Below, one piece after another: positions 34,238 through 46,814 of a DNA stretch of 64,000 bases. Within the stretch, counting starts at the first letter, position 1, and each line of letters opens with the position of its first letter. Made by a program: the position numbers and the translations under genes. This DNA comes from Marsupella aquatica. Lineage: Eukaryota > Plantae > Marchantiophyta. Below the pieces are notes generated by a model, which was given only the letters and a program-made list of their open reading frames with translations, searched no databases and was not told the DNA's origin. The stretch spans positions 15,616,699 through 15,680,698 of the forward strand of contig OZ316894.1 in the NCBI GenBank assembly GCA_973895155.1, given 5' to 3'.

Positions 34238-35074
34238 ATGTGCAAAGTCTGGCCATGTTGCCTCAATATGTTTGTGAGCAGGGGAGTCAACTGGCAACCG
34301 CATGACACAAGACTCTGATCGATGAGTCTTATGCCATACCATCAACTCTGCCAAGTCAGAACATCGATACATGTGCAACAACCGAGGAATGATGGGAAAC
34401 CAACGAACAACCTTCCTTGGCACCTTCTTTGTTAGCATGTTGGGGTCATAGCAAGGCTCATCACATGTTGTACATTGTGTCATGTTTGCATTGGCCCCAT
34501 GAAATAACATGCAATCATTCACACATGCATGAACAATATGATATTCCATGCCAATAGATGAGAGAACACTCTTTGCCTCCTTCCAAGTTGCTGGCAACAC
34601 ATTCTTAGTGGGTAACATAAGGTCATGGAAAAGTGCAAACATATCAGATAACAAGGCATTGCTTGCCTTGTGTTTGGCCTGTAGGTTCATCAACCCCAAG
34701 ATGGCTGAAAGACGACTCAAACGAGCACCCTCATAGATAGGTGTTCGGGCATGTTCCTCTACTTCTTCCCATTGGCGTTGTCCCTCAGGGGTATGTCTTG
34801 GGCGTGGATTATTGGGGGGCACCTGCCCCCCATTGGGAAGGTCATGACCAGGGTTGTCGGCACCAAACCAATCAACCATAAAGTCATCCATGGCTCTATC
34901 CTGGTCATCAATTACTTGTTCATCCGTCCGAGGTACCTCTTCATCAGGGTTACTGCTTCCACTAGCTCTTGATGAGGAGTGTGACTCTGATCCATGTCCT
35001 TCTTTTGGCATACCTATTTCTTGATATGTTGCTCTCAATCTCCGTGGTAACATATTTGGAGAGGGTCGCACATT
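34238..35074 (-). pseudogene. tnpD: CACTA E1 TnpD, exon 2 (5' part)
   Basis: IVHACVNDCMLF..CTTC..KVVRWFPIIPRL..WH. Splice acceptor TTTTTAG|AAT at 35074. Confidence 0.9.
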
Positions 35075-35754
35075 CTAAAAACAAAGCAAACAATTGAAAG
35101 TTATATTGCAAAGAGAACACACACAAAAATGGTCTAGGGGTGTGCAAAAATGAAATAATATTGGTTGTGGTGCAAATACAAAATGTGGCCAAACACTAGT
35201 ACATTTTAGGCACTTTTCCGATACTAAAAACACGCGTTTCTCAATGCGCCCGATACTAAACACAACGGAAAACTTCCGATACTCCCAGCTACGGAACTTC
35301 CGATACTACCAAAATCGGACATTATTATCCAATATGTTTTGTATCAAAAACTTTATCCAATACCCATCATATCGGACAATGTCCGAAACATCCTGTATCG
35401 CAAATTGAGAGCCGACATGTTTTTCAGACGTCCGATAAAAATAGTATCGAAAGCTAATTCCGATAGGTTTGGTTTCGGACATATACCAATACAAATAGTA
35501 TCAAACATATTTGTGCGATACTAGTTACAACGGAAATCATTTGCGAAGTCTGAGGTATCGGTTACTATCCGTTGAAATTTCTATCGGACCCCTCCTCGGC
35601 TGCGGGCTTAAGCGTCCGATCTGTGGAGTATCGGATAGTGGCTTCCGATTGTTATAGTATCGGAAAATCCGATACTTTGAGGATGGGAAGGGGTTTTTTG
35701 CTTTGGCAGTACTGATGTGTGTCCGATATGTTTCCGATGGTATTTGAATGGGAC

Positions 35755-36786
35755 ATATGGTAATGTGGTAATGGTAATGTATTATAAGCTCCGGGACCAT
35801 GAAAGTCAAAGGAGCTGCCACAAAAAGTAAAGTACAATGCAATCAAAGAAAAGAGCAACCAAAAGAGATTGCTCAGAAGAGGACAACTATGTCCTCAAAG
35901 AAACTATGGACCTAGAGAGCCCTATGGACCTAGAGAGCCCTGAAAGATTTTCCAAACCTATTCTCCTTTCCCTATCCACCGCAAAGATATATCTTCCAAG
36001 TTGCTGAGGGGGCAGACCAAACAATGCATACAAATCTTTCACCAAGATTTGAGATGCCATCCTAACCCCCTCATAAAACTTGCAAGCAATGAATACATGA
36101 TATTCATTCTCTATACTAGAGCTATCACATAGTTGACAAACCCTCTTTTTCCTGTCAATATCCTTCCATCTCCCTTGTTCTACTTCAAGGTGGTGTGAGC
36201 TTAGTCTATACTGAGCAATAAGTTGTCTAAGTTGTACTGAGATAGTGCTAGATAAGTATTCTTGTTCTCGATATTTCTTCATGGGGTTCACATCTCTCAT
36301 GTAGTATTGCTGCCGTGGGCTAGGTTCATGCCAAAGTTTGTGCAAAGCCTTTTGCTCAAGTTTTGCTCTTAGCTTGGTTGGGTGTGTTGGCCATTCATGT
36401 TCAGGAAAATCCCAAGCATGGGCCCACCTGCACACATCTGCATACCACCCTTTAGCTGAAGATGAGCGCAAGGCATGAAAAGGAAATCTGTTTTCCTCCA
36501 ACTCTCTTACACGCATGATGTATTTGAGTGTGTGGAAGAGTGCCTCCACCTCCAAAGGAAACAAGCCTGCCTCTGCAAGTGTAAGTGCATATGGGGTTTG
36601 TGACTTGATCCCAAGCTCCATCTCAAGAAATAGCTTTTGCAGCCCCTCAATCTGTTGCCACCCAGATTTAGACTTTAGTGTTTTACAATGTATAGGTTGC
36701 ATGGAATTAATGGATTCAGATATGGGGCATACTTTAAGCAATAGATATGTATACTGCATGAAATTGTGGACAATGAGAAAACTCAC
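35755..36786 (-). mobile_element. 5'-truncated LINE: C-terminal ORF2 region with CCHC finger and a (CATTAC)n-like tail
   Basis: ORF 35887..36786 contains IAQYRLSSHHLEVEQGRW..RVCQLC..ENEYHVFIAC. Tail ATTACCATTACCACATTACC at ~35758-35777. Boundaries approximate. Confidence 0.75.
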
Positions 36787-36852
36787 AGAATGCCGATAAA
36801 AAGATAGTGCCGGTAAAAATATACATGAAGATGGTGGGGTCTACAATTTATA

Positions 36853-39800
36853 CTAACTCGTGGGGGGTATGTCTCTATCTTCCACTACAACTACGTTGGG
36901 TCTCTCTTGGACTATGGACCGTGATCTGGGAATATACGGCATGACAATGGACCACTCGGGGTCATTGGGATAGGGTAGGTAAAAGCATTGCTCAAGGTGA
37001 TGTGGGAAGGCAAAAGGATCTGAGGACCTCCAGTTGGAATTGATGACACTATTTGCGGATGTCTTCAAACGAGTAAAACCGCATGCATCATCTTCACAAG
37101 TACGATTGTGGCCTACAAGATTCATCTTGAACCATTTGCACTTGAATACCACTTCCTCCAAAGTAGTATGTGCATGGTACTTGACTATTAGGATCTCCTC
37201 AATCTTCCCATAATGGGCCACGGTGGAGCGAATGGGATTCATGTCTGACATGCTACTCTGGGAATCTTGGGTGAACCAACCCATCACCCCAAAATCCTGT
37301 GTAGCTGCCCTCTTCTCATCAAGTCGTTCCACACGAAAATGTCTCCCCGTTGACCACATGGCAGTCCGAGTCGTGACTATAAGTAGTGGACCAAGAACCA
37401 AGGTACGAAGTTTATCTGTCACGTTTGGGTAGTGTAATACACTCTCCCCGGTACCCACCAGGGCATCCACTTCTAACAACTTCTCCTTCATGTATGGGTG
37501 AAACTTGGGAAATAACCGTGGGCGTCGACTGTTTTGCTTCTCCTCCTCATAAAATGTTGTCCACTCCCCGACAACCTCGGGTGAGTTATACAACATAAAT
37601 GTTGTGAGCTGTAAACGCTCTGCTGAGCCTATGAGACGCTCTCCAGATGCCCCAGTGAGTCTATCATCCTCGTAGTCAGCCTCTCGTGCCGCCTCATCTA
37701 TCCATCCCCTAGGAGCACTAGGATCTAGTGTGGCAACTATGTTTGTACAGTAAAACATACTCTCTGCTCCAAGATGACGCTCCGCAATGCTACCTTCCAC
37801 CCTAGCGCGATTAAAGACATATGACTTCATCACCCCCATATAACGCTCTACCCAATACATCCATCGACAATATACTGGGCCTGCAATTGCAACCTCGCGC
37901 ACTAAATGTATGAGGAAATGAACGTGACCATCAAAGAATGAGGGAGGGAGTGCCTTCTCCAACTTGCAGACAACCTCTACTCCAAATATCTCCATAGCAG
38001 CAATGTCATCCTCCTGTACCTCCTTTTGACATACCCATCTTATGAGCTTACCCAATGACCAAAGGGCATCACGAAGTTCCTCACTACCCAATCCAATAAT
38101 AGCAACTGGAAGAACATGTTCAAGCAACCGATGATAATCATGTGTCTTCAAGAAAGATGGCCATTTTGGAGAATCCTCCCCCCCAAATGCCTTCCGAAGA
38201 TTGGTACCATAACCTGTGGGAAACCTCATCAACCCAATACATCTGCGAAACTCAATGCACTCTGCCCTTGTCAAAACCCAAGGAGGATGGATGCTAGGGG
38301 GAGCACCAGGGGGTCCAAAGATGGCCAAAAACCCAAAAGACCATGCATCCCCATCTCCTCACAACTTTCTCTCCAATTGTTATATTTCTCCCCATATAGA
38401 TGGCGAATCAATGATTTCCCCACATTCCCCTCAATGTGCATAGGGTCTAACAAGTGATTAATGGGCATATCTGACCAATATGGCAATTGTGACAATGCAG
38501 ACAAACGGGTCATGCCACATCTGAATAATGGTAATGGATCACTCGGATCCTAAACTCTCCCCCATACCTCTCTCCAATATGCTGGATCCTTCCGCTGAGG
38601 TTGAGGACGAATATCAGGTTGGCCCTCATCAGTATCATAAAGGAATGGATCACTCCTCCAAGGATGGTCTGGTGGAAGATATTTAGTATGACCAATGTAA
38701 ACAATTTTTTGCAGAGTACTTGACTTGGGCCTGGCCACCCCCTCCAAATCGGGTCCACATGTAGAGCAAGCTCGATAGCCTGATGTTTGCAATCCAGAAA
38801 CATATCCAAACCGTGCCCAATGCATAGAAAACACATTCATAAAATAAGGTTCATCAAGGCAAAAATCTGCATAATTGCAATTAAATACAAGGTTTAGGTA
38901 CTAGAGGAAATAAGGGTTTACCATACCTGGTAATCATGCATGGTCCACATAAGGATGGCCTTTAGAGTAAATATGCGGGATAAACCTCCTGTGTTGTGAC
39001 GTCCATCATAACAATCCACTCCTCTCCACAGTTGTATCAACTCATCAATCAATGGTTGCAAGTACACATCAATCTTTTTAACTTGCTTAGGACCCGGAAT
39101 AATCATGGAGAGTAGTAGGTGACCTTTCTTCATGGCCATCCAAGGAGGGAGTTGTAGTTTGTCAACACTACTGGCCACACCGAATATGGTTTGGCTTTTC
39201 CTGTCAATGCAAAAGGGCTGATACCGTCTGCTGCCAAGCCTAGTCGAACATGTCGTGGGTCAATTTTGAACTCTCCCCATCTATCCTCTACAAATCGATT
39301 GGCAGGAGAGTCAACCATCATCCGCATGGCACTAGAGGGTACAGCCATATCAAAACAATTTTGTGAGTGCCATACCATCATCTCAGCCAACTCTGCACAT
39401 CGGAATTGATGTCGCAATCGAGGGATAAGAGGAAAGTACCTCATAACCTTTTGCGGTACCTTCCCCGTCAACATGTCATCACGGTACCGTGGCTTTTGAC
39501 ATTTAGGACATGTAGTGGCATTTTCATGCTCACCCCTAAAAAGAATGCAATCATCCACACATGCATGTATCACCTCATACTTCAGGCCAATGGACCTCAA
39601 CACCTGTTTAGCCTCTTTCCAAGAGGCTGGCAATGCATTGCCTACTGGCAAAATACGATCATGCAAGGTACGGAAAACATCATCCAAAAGTAGATTGCTT
39701 GCCCCATGTCTTTGCTGCAAGTTGAGCAACAACATTATTGATGAGAGCCGAGATAACCTACTCCCCTCGAATATGCGAGTATGGGCATGACGTTGCGCCT

Positions 39801-40089
39801 CCTCCCATTGCTTGTCTTGGGACCCCCTAGAAGGATGTGGATGACTAGTCCTTTCATGGGTTGAACCAATGTCCTCCAAACCAATGTCATCGTGATCATC
39901 ATAGAATTGGTCCATGAGCTCATCCATGGCCCTCTCATCAAGATGGTCTTGGATAGGATCATCACCATCATGTCGTACCCCATCCTCTTGCCTTTGCGGT
40001 TCATGCCCACGGTTGGCCACCATGGCCTCAACAAGGTGTTGTCGCATAGCTCGTGATATTACCCCAATATCAGGCGTTACATATTGATT
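36853..40089 (-). pseudogene. tnpD: CACTA E2 TnpD (Transposase_21, DUF4218, DUF4216 regions); intron plus frameshifts and stops
   Basis: HACVDDCILF, DPRHVRLGLAADGISPF, LMWTMHDY, LDPMHIEGNV, LKTHDYH, WMYWVERYMGVMK..VEGSIAE, FKCKWF, DPFAFP. Confidence 0.93.
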
Positions 40090-40214
40090 CTATCATACAA
40101 CATCAATTAATTAATCTCATCAACACATGCACTGCTGAACAACATCATTCTCATGTAAACATGTAAAATAAACTGACATATATATATATACATGTATGTA
40201 AGTCCAAGAAACTA

Positions 40215-41546
40215 TCATGGACGACAACGCAAGGACAATTTTGGTGCATCCCACTCATACTCACACAATAACTCCTCACCAGCTCTAATGGTCCTAACAG
40301 CTACTGTCATGATATGGTCGTCCATATGTTTCACAAAATATGGATGTCTAGGTGGACCAAACATTTGAATCCACTCTACATTAGCCTCCAAACCTCTATC
40401 TCTACCTGTGGTACTATTGATGTACCCTGCTAAATTACCGTTCCGAATAGGGTCACCATCAATCATCCGGCAATGCCACGGCCTAGTGAAGACCTCATCC
40501 GGGTCTGAGTCCATCCTCAATGAATACACCCCCCAACTTGGGTGTTGACGCAACAAAATATTCCAACTCTTGGAGTTATATACAGCCCCAATGTAAGGAA
40601 ATAGGTGCTCTCCATCATAACCACGTCTCCATGGCTTTGGAGGGACCACAATATCCTCCAAAGCAAAAAGACCATATCCTATATCAGGACCAATAGAGGA
40701 TGCCTTCACTATCCAAGGGCGACCCCATATTTGAACTGGTTCATCTATAGGAATAAAATCTGGAAATTTGAAGAGACTTGGAGAAAAGTCCTTCAAACTT
40801 CGGCAGCCCTACCAGTGAGATAGGATAGTCCAAACCTGCCCTCAACGCAAATATAATCTACGTTACCGGCTGGTCGATCACTAGTACCTAACACCTCCTC
40901 TCGTCTGTCTACCTGGTCCAGTGGTCCATACTGTCGTCTACGTCTACCAGATCGTGGTCGTGTACGTAGGACCCTAGTAGTCACAACCTCGGGCCGAGAG
41001 ACCGGTTCCCCCTCTACATGCTCATGTGTGGACACGGGAGTGGGGATAGGAGCAGGTGGGCTAAGAGGCATCTGGGCAGGAGGAACTGCAAGCAACTCCC
41101 TGGCCCTTGCTAGAAACCCTTCCAACCACACAACTTCAGGAACCAAAGGAGGTGGGGGCCTACGAGGCACCTATTTCAACACACGTACAATGGTTTTACA
41201 CAAATCAATAAATTAAGTAGTGCCAGGATGTAAATGCAAGATAATTAAGCAATACCCTAAATTGGAATGCATATATGGAATGAATAGGGGACATAAACAT
41301 ATCTGTACCTGGCTAGGCAAATACCCTGGCATATCACCCTCGTGGCGGCCATAGTTCTCGATGTGCTCACAAGTCTCCCACGCATGTCGAACCACAAGTC
41401 CCTTACATCTCACACACCAGCAAGGTATGGGTCCTAGTGGAGCACGAGGACGATCTGGAGGAGGGGGTGGAGGAACCTCCCCCTCAGACGAGCTTGTGTC
41501 TGAGTCTGAATCTGACGTGGAACTATCAGAAGTAGACATCTGCATG
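40215..41546 (-). pseudogene. SET-domain gene of E2 (exon 1 with CxCxxC..H zinc motif, intron ~41171-41308, SET exon with a 1-bp frameshift near 40795)
   Basis: WIVKASSIGPDIGYGLFALEDI..PYIG..IDGDP..AGYINST..ANVEW..VAVRTIRAGEELLCEY. Confidence 0.85.
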
Positions 41547-41849
41547 CATGAAGTACACTCTGAATTCATGTAAGCTGCATAAAAGAAGACAAGTGTTGGA
41601 GTATCAAAATAGAATTAATTAATGCAGGAGATACAAAAGTCCTGTTGTACCTCAATGATACCCGCGCTTTGCCAGCCTACTGTGTCATATTTTCTACACA
41701 CAAGGTGTGGGACATCCAAAATCTCTGCATATATGGGTGAGCATTTTGCTAATGAGCATACATAATCTATAAGTGCGAAAGAGTGTAGGAAGAACACACC
41801 ACATATAAAAAAATTCCAACATACAAATTAAGTGTAAATGATGCGGCTC

Positions 41850-42565
41850 GTGAAGCGGGGACATCATACCTCCTGGATGCGCGGTCTCACACTATGCATA
41901 GTGCATTGTCCAAAACAAAACCTATCTACCCCCTCACAAACATTGAACCACCCCTCCAAACGCAAGGTACTATGCATCAAATCCAACACAACCATTAGCC
42001 TAGCTAATATATGGAGGTTGAACCTTATCCTAAGAAAAGGTGTAACCTTATCCTAGTAAAACCCCATAACCCTAAGCCCATAAACCCCTCCAAAGAAATT
42101 ATCCAAATAGCTTTCACCAAGAAATGGTTCGTACAAAAACTTCTTGTAGTATTTTGTCTATCATATATCATAGTATTGAGTTCCCATCACCACAACCATC
42201 CCTAAACTTGCAAGGAACTTGCAAGAGGACATCATACCTCCTGGATGCACGGTTTCATGCATAGTGCATTGTCCAAAATCGAAACCTCCCTACCCCCTCA
42301 AAAAAAGTTAGCCACCCCTCCAAAAGCAAGGTACTACACATCAAATCCAAACCCAAAGATTAGCCTAATGAAGGGGTTTAATATTATCCTAACAAAAGGT
42401 ATAATGTTATACTAATAAAACCTCTACGTACACCCATAATCCCCTATAAAGAAATGAAACAAAAGGCTTTCACCCGAAAATGGTTCATACAAAAACTTCT
42501 TGTAGTATTTTCTTGATCCTATATTACATATCATAGTATTGAGTTCCCATCACCACAACCACCCC
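41850..42565 (+). repeat. Degenerate ~370-bp tandem duplication in the divergent promoter region of E2
   Basis: GGACATCATACCTCCTGGATGC..CATAGTATTGAGTTCCCATCACCACAACCA occurs twice. Confidence 0.75.
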
Positions 42566-43225
42566 TAAAACACCAAGACTCTATACACAATTGCATCATT
42601 AATTAGAGCCCAATATATTAAGCATGCAAGACCATAGCTTATCAAAAAATTACAGAGTCCGGTACAAACCCCAAAATTTGTTCTCCGCAACAAAGAAACT
42701 TGCAAGAGGTCCCTCTACATGCATGACACGTTCACTGTCCTGTTCACATATGTAGAGCCCTACAAAATGCGGATTCAAATATGAAAGCAAATAATAACTC
42801 CAACCATGTGCCCTTACCCCATACAAAACCTAAATATCCTAAATTATACTCTAAACCCTCCAATCCCATACCCAACCCAAATTCAAAACATTATATTGGA
42901 CCCCCTTTGGGAAAGCCAAGAGGTATCCGATATAACTTCATGAGGGGTCCGATGCAATAGGAAACGGGCCACACTTGGTAAATACACGGCCACAAGAAAA
43001 GGACGAGGGGTCCGAAGCAGATAGTTTCGGAAAGTCCGATTGCGTGTCCGATACCTTTGGTTTCGCAAAGTCCGAAACAGAAAGAATCGGAAGCAGCAGG
43101 TTTTGTTTCGGAAAAAAGAACCAATGCAGGTGCGAAGACCCGCGCGTCGGGCCCCGTTTCGCACTTGGTGTTTTTCAAATTTTTTGAAGCTGGATCAAGG
43201 AGGAGAGCTTGAAGGAGGAGGAGAG

Positions 43226-45072
43226 ATGGAGGGGGGCGGGGGATCAGGTGGTGGGGGAGACGAAGGGGGATCAGGTGGTGGTGGAGAGCAAGGGGGGCCG
43301 TCCCAGCCATACAATGAAGTTATGAGGGACATTTTTGTGGCCAAGGCAGGACTGAGTGTGGAGGATGCAGAGAGAGTAGTCCCACTCCTCCAAACGCTGA
43401 TTGATGCCTCTCGGCGTGAGGCAGAGAAGACTGCTGCTGCAAGCATTGCAAGTGAGAAGGAGGCAAAGAAGAGGAAGAAAGAGGCAAAGAAGAGGAAGAA
43501 AGAGGCAAAGAGAGGCAAGGGGGATGCAGAGGAGACTGTCTCCAAGAAAACAAGAGAAAAAGCTTTGAAAAGAAGCTAGGGCAATTGAGAAGGTGCGATT
43601 GGAGGAGCATAGGCGAAAGAAGGTAGAGAGAGCTCTCAGGCCTGAGCTAGCTCTCAATTCGGGTGGTGGTCCATTGCCTAAGAGCTACCATCTATTCCGA
43701 AGCCAATTCAAGCAGGTGTTGAGGGCCAATTTGGGGCCACTGGATTACTGGGGCAAGAAGAAGGAGGAAGAGAGATTGAGAATCAGAGAGCAGGTGAAGG
43801 AACGGTTCAGGAACGGGGCCTACATTGATGACAGGTTCCTAAACAAACAAATTTCAGCATCACTCTCAGACATGCGCAATCATCAGCGAGAGAAATTCAG
43901 AAAGTACCTTGGAGATATGGCAGTGGATGCAGAGGTGATCAGGGAGGAGGGTTGTCCAGACGATGTTTCCCCGACTGAGTGGGCGGCTTGGCTTGAGGAG
44001 GAACTCTCAGTCCGTGCCTGGCTGAAAAGAAGACATTGGGACAACAAAATTAGGCTGGCAGAGGAGAAGCGAAAGGCTGGGGAGAATGTTGATATCCTCC
44101 CCCTTCAACAGAACCTGCAACAATGGGCAGCTCGGCAGCAAGACTCCCCAAACCACCAAGGCACATCATAGCAGCATTGGAGAGAGTGCAGGGGAGGCCA
44201 ACCATCACTCACCGGATGGGGGCAAGGCGGCTCCAATCGATTGAAGGCTGAGTTTGTAAGTGCCCTCCCTCTCCTCCCCACCTCTCCTCCCTGATCACCT
44301 GACTCCTCGCACAAAGAATGAGTTGTTTGTGCCTTATGTCTTTTGTTTAAACCCTTTGCAAAACTCATTTTTGCTCTCGGGCCTGTTCTTTCCAATACTC
44401 ATCCGATAGGTTTTGCATCGGAAGCAGCATCAGACACCGTGTCATGCCATTTTTCTTGTTATGCATCCGATAGACGTCCGATGCAGGCTATATCGGACTT
44501 TGCATCGGACCCCTCGGCAAAACATTTAAATTTTTGAATGAACGTACTTAACGTTAATTTTTTACTAGGGTAGAGTATAAGTTAGGGTGAACTATGGTTT
44601 AAGGTTACATTAGGGCTATGTAGGGTGGATTGGTTTAGGGTAGGGCACGCTAATACTAGATTTGATATTAACCTGGCCTCTATGGTTTGGATCTTTAAAT
44701 TTCAGGAGCGGGAGTATGGTCGCCCTATTGCGCCGTTGGAGAGGAATTTGGCAAAGACGGATGGACCCCGCGCTCTAAAGCGCCGCCTTGAGGATGAGTT
44801 GGGAGAGGTAAGTGTTCACCCTAGGGTGATATACTGTTTAAGGTTGTCATGAATTTGTTAGAGTTATGGTCGGGACCATTCATTCTAACTGCAATTAAAC
44901 CCTATTGCGCAGGATGAGGAGGGGTCTGGGTCGGAGGAGTTGGACTCAGATTTTGAGCAGGATGCTGAGGCAGGATTGGGGAGGGTGCCCACAGTCACCC
45001 CTACTCCTCAGGTCCGAGGTGTTGTTGCCCCATCTGGTGCCGTTGCCCCATCAGCAGGGAGGGGTGGGTCAC
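43226..45072 (+). pseudogene. TnpA-like (Transposase_24-like) gene of E2, multi-exon; last exon continues at 57721-57198 on the minus strand
   Basis: YWGKKKEEERLRIREQVKERF..CPDDVSPTEWAAW..GWGQGG; GTAAGT donors at ~44256 and ~44807; paralogue of 51875-53839. Confidence 0.65.
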
Positions 45073-46814
45073 TGTGGTGCATCCCATGGCTCCCTAAACC
45101 CCAGAAACCCCCCTTCACAAGCCGATTCCCGCAGGTTTCGCGCTTGGCGAGGCCGTTTTCGCGGCTTAGTGGCATGGGACGCTGCTAACCTCCTTCTACT
45201 ACTACTATTAACATTTTACACACATATACTGGACAGATTCTTCATCGGGTCATGAGATACGTAGCCGGCCTAATCTAGGCCTTCCCTTGTCTTCCCCTCC
45301 TTCTTGTTAGGTATATTTGGATTCCGCCGCCGGAATGATCCCCAATAGGCTTGGTTAAGCCGCTAAGACCTCTCTCAGCTTGACACATCCAACTCTCACT
45401 CCCTTGCTTACTTTCCTTCATCTATTAGTTGATGTGGGCACTCTTCACACAAGTTAATGCGACACACAAATAGCAAAATGACTCCTTCTGACTGAGTCAT
45501 ACCATGCACTTGCCATACAAACAGTACATCTCATACACAAGCTCTGCGAACTAAGTCGTGAGGCCAACTCTATTCAACTCTTAGGCATGAGGAAACGTGA
45601 ATATACACAAGGGTCACTGTATGACTAACCGAAAGCTTCTCTTACTACTTGATCCCAGCCCGGCTGGTGCAACTAAAAACTTGCTAAAGAAGAGGCCCTG
45701 AGCTCCCCGCTGCCCAGGTACTTATCCTGGTAGTGGATCCGCCTAATTCTTTGCAGCGTAAGCCTAATCTACCTAACTGAATCTACCATGTACAGCGAGG
45801 CAAGAGTACAAGTGTTGCTCTTACCAGTGGAACCGCAATCCCACTAAGCTAAGTGTCAGGGCTGCCTCCTGGTCCTGATCATAATCCTAAACTTAGAGAT
45901 CTGAGCCCGCCCTGCCCACTCACGCCTCCTCCCTCCATGTCCGCCCTCCTTGAAAGGAGCGGCCCTCCACCACCGTCATGGCAGCGGTGTCTGTTCCTCA
46001 GTGGACGCCCCAACGCTTCCTCCTCAGCCACTGCCGTAGGTTCATTCTCTGACAGATTACCTGCCCTTGACTGAGTCAACTCTCCATCGGCCTGACTGGG
46101 TCCACCCACGGCATCGGCATCGGCTTCAACATCAGCCTCGGCTACGGCCTCAGCCTCGGCTACGGCCTCCCCCGCACACTCAAGTGGCGGATTGGGTACC
46201 TCGGCTTCATTACCGAGTATCCTGGCCTTGGCTTTGTCATCCCCTTCTTCTAGGGTAGTTGGATCCTCTGCCGTAACCCTGCCTGAGGTCGGTACTGGGT
46301 TTACCTCCTTGGTCACCACGGCCTGTGGAGCCGTATTACTCCCTGACCCTGAAGGTTTCCGCTTCTTCTTCTTTTGTGGTTCGGCAGCTGGCCCCTTCCC
46401 ACTTACTTCCGGCACTGGTGCAAATGGCGCGGCTTGTCCTTTGGCTAGTACCACTCCTGGTAACTTAGTGGCCTCAATTTGAGTTGGCCCTGATGAAGCC
46501 AAGCACTTAAATACTGCGGCTTGTTTCTTCAACCGCTCCGTTTGGTTGTCGGCTCGTCGTTGTAAGTTCTCTAGCTTCCGCGTGCTTTCCTCCAACTCCT
46601 CCTGCACTTTGTCCAAGTCCTTGCACGCCTCCTCCAGCTCCTTCTGGGCTTCCTCCAATTCTTTTTTAAACGTAGCTCTCTCCTCCCGGGTTGCTCTTAA
46701 CTCCTTGTCGAGCTCTGCAATGAGACAGACTCCATCTGGTTCATCTTGGCGTAAGTCTGATCGAGCATATTGTCCTTCTCACGCAGGTTGGCTATGAAGC
46801 TGGCCGTCAGGGAC
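45073..46814 (-). mobile_element. 3' half of the outer B copy (B2); its 5' half is 57727-60725
   Basis: B terminus at 45073 flanked by GTCAC; broken at GGGAC by B3. Confidence 0.9.

Larger units (their letters stand above)
35194..45072. mobile_element. CACTA element E2, main part; the remainder is at 56348-57721, inverted
   Basis: TIR CACTAGTACATTTT at 35194 preceded by AAA; TCCGATAC-type subterminal repeats; carries tnpD, SET and tnpA-like genes. Confidence 0.9.

Noticed and set aside
40215-40796. SET ORF as a resident host histone methyltransferase gene
   Set aside because: It lies inside CACTA termini in two paralogous elements, in the same position each time, and lacks the accessory domains of host SET proteins.
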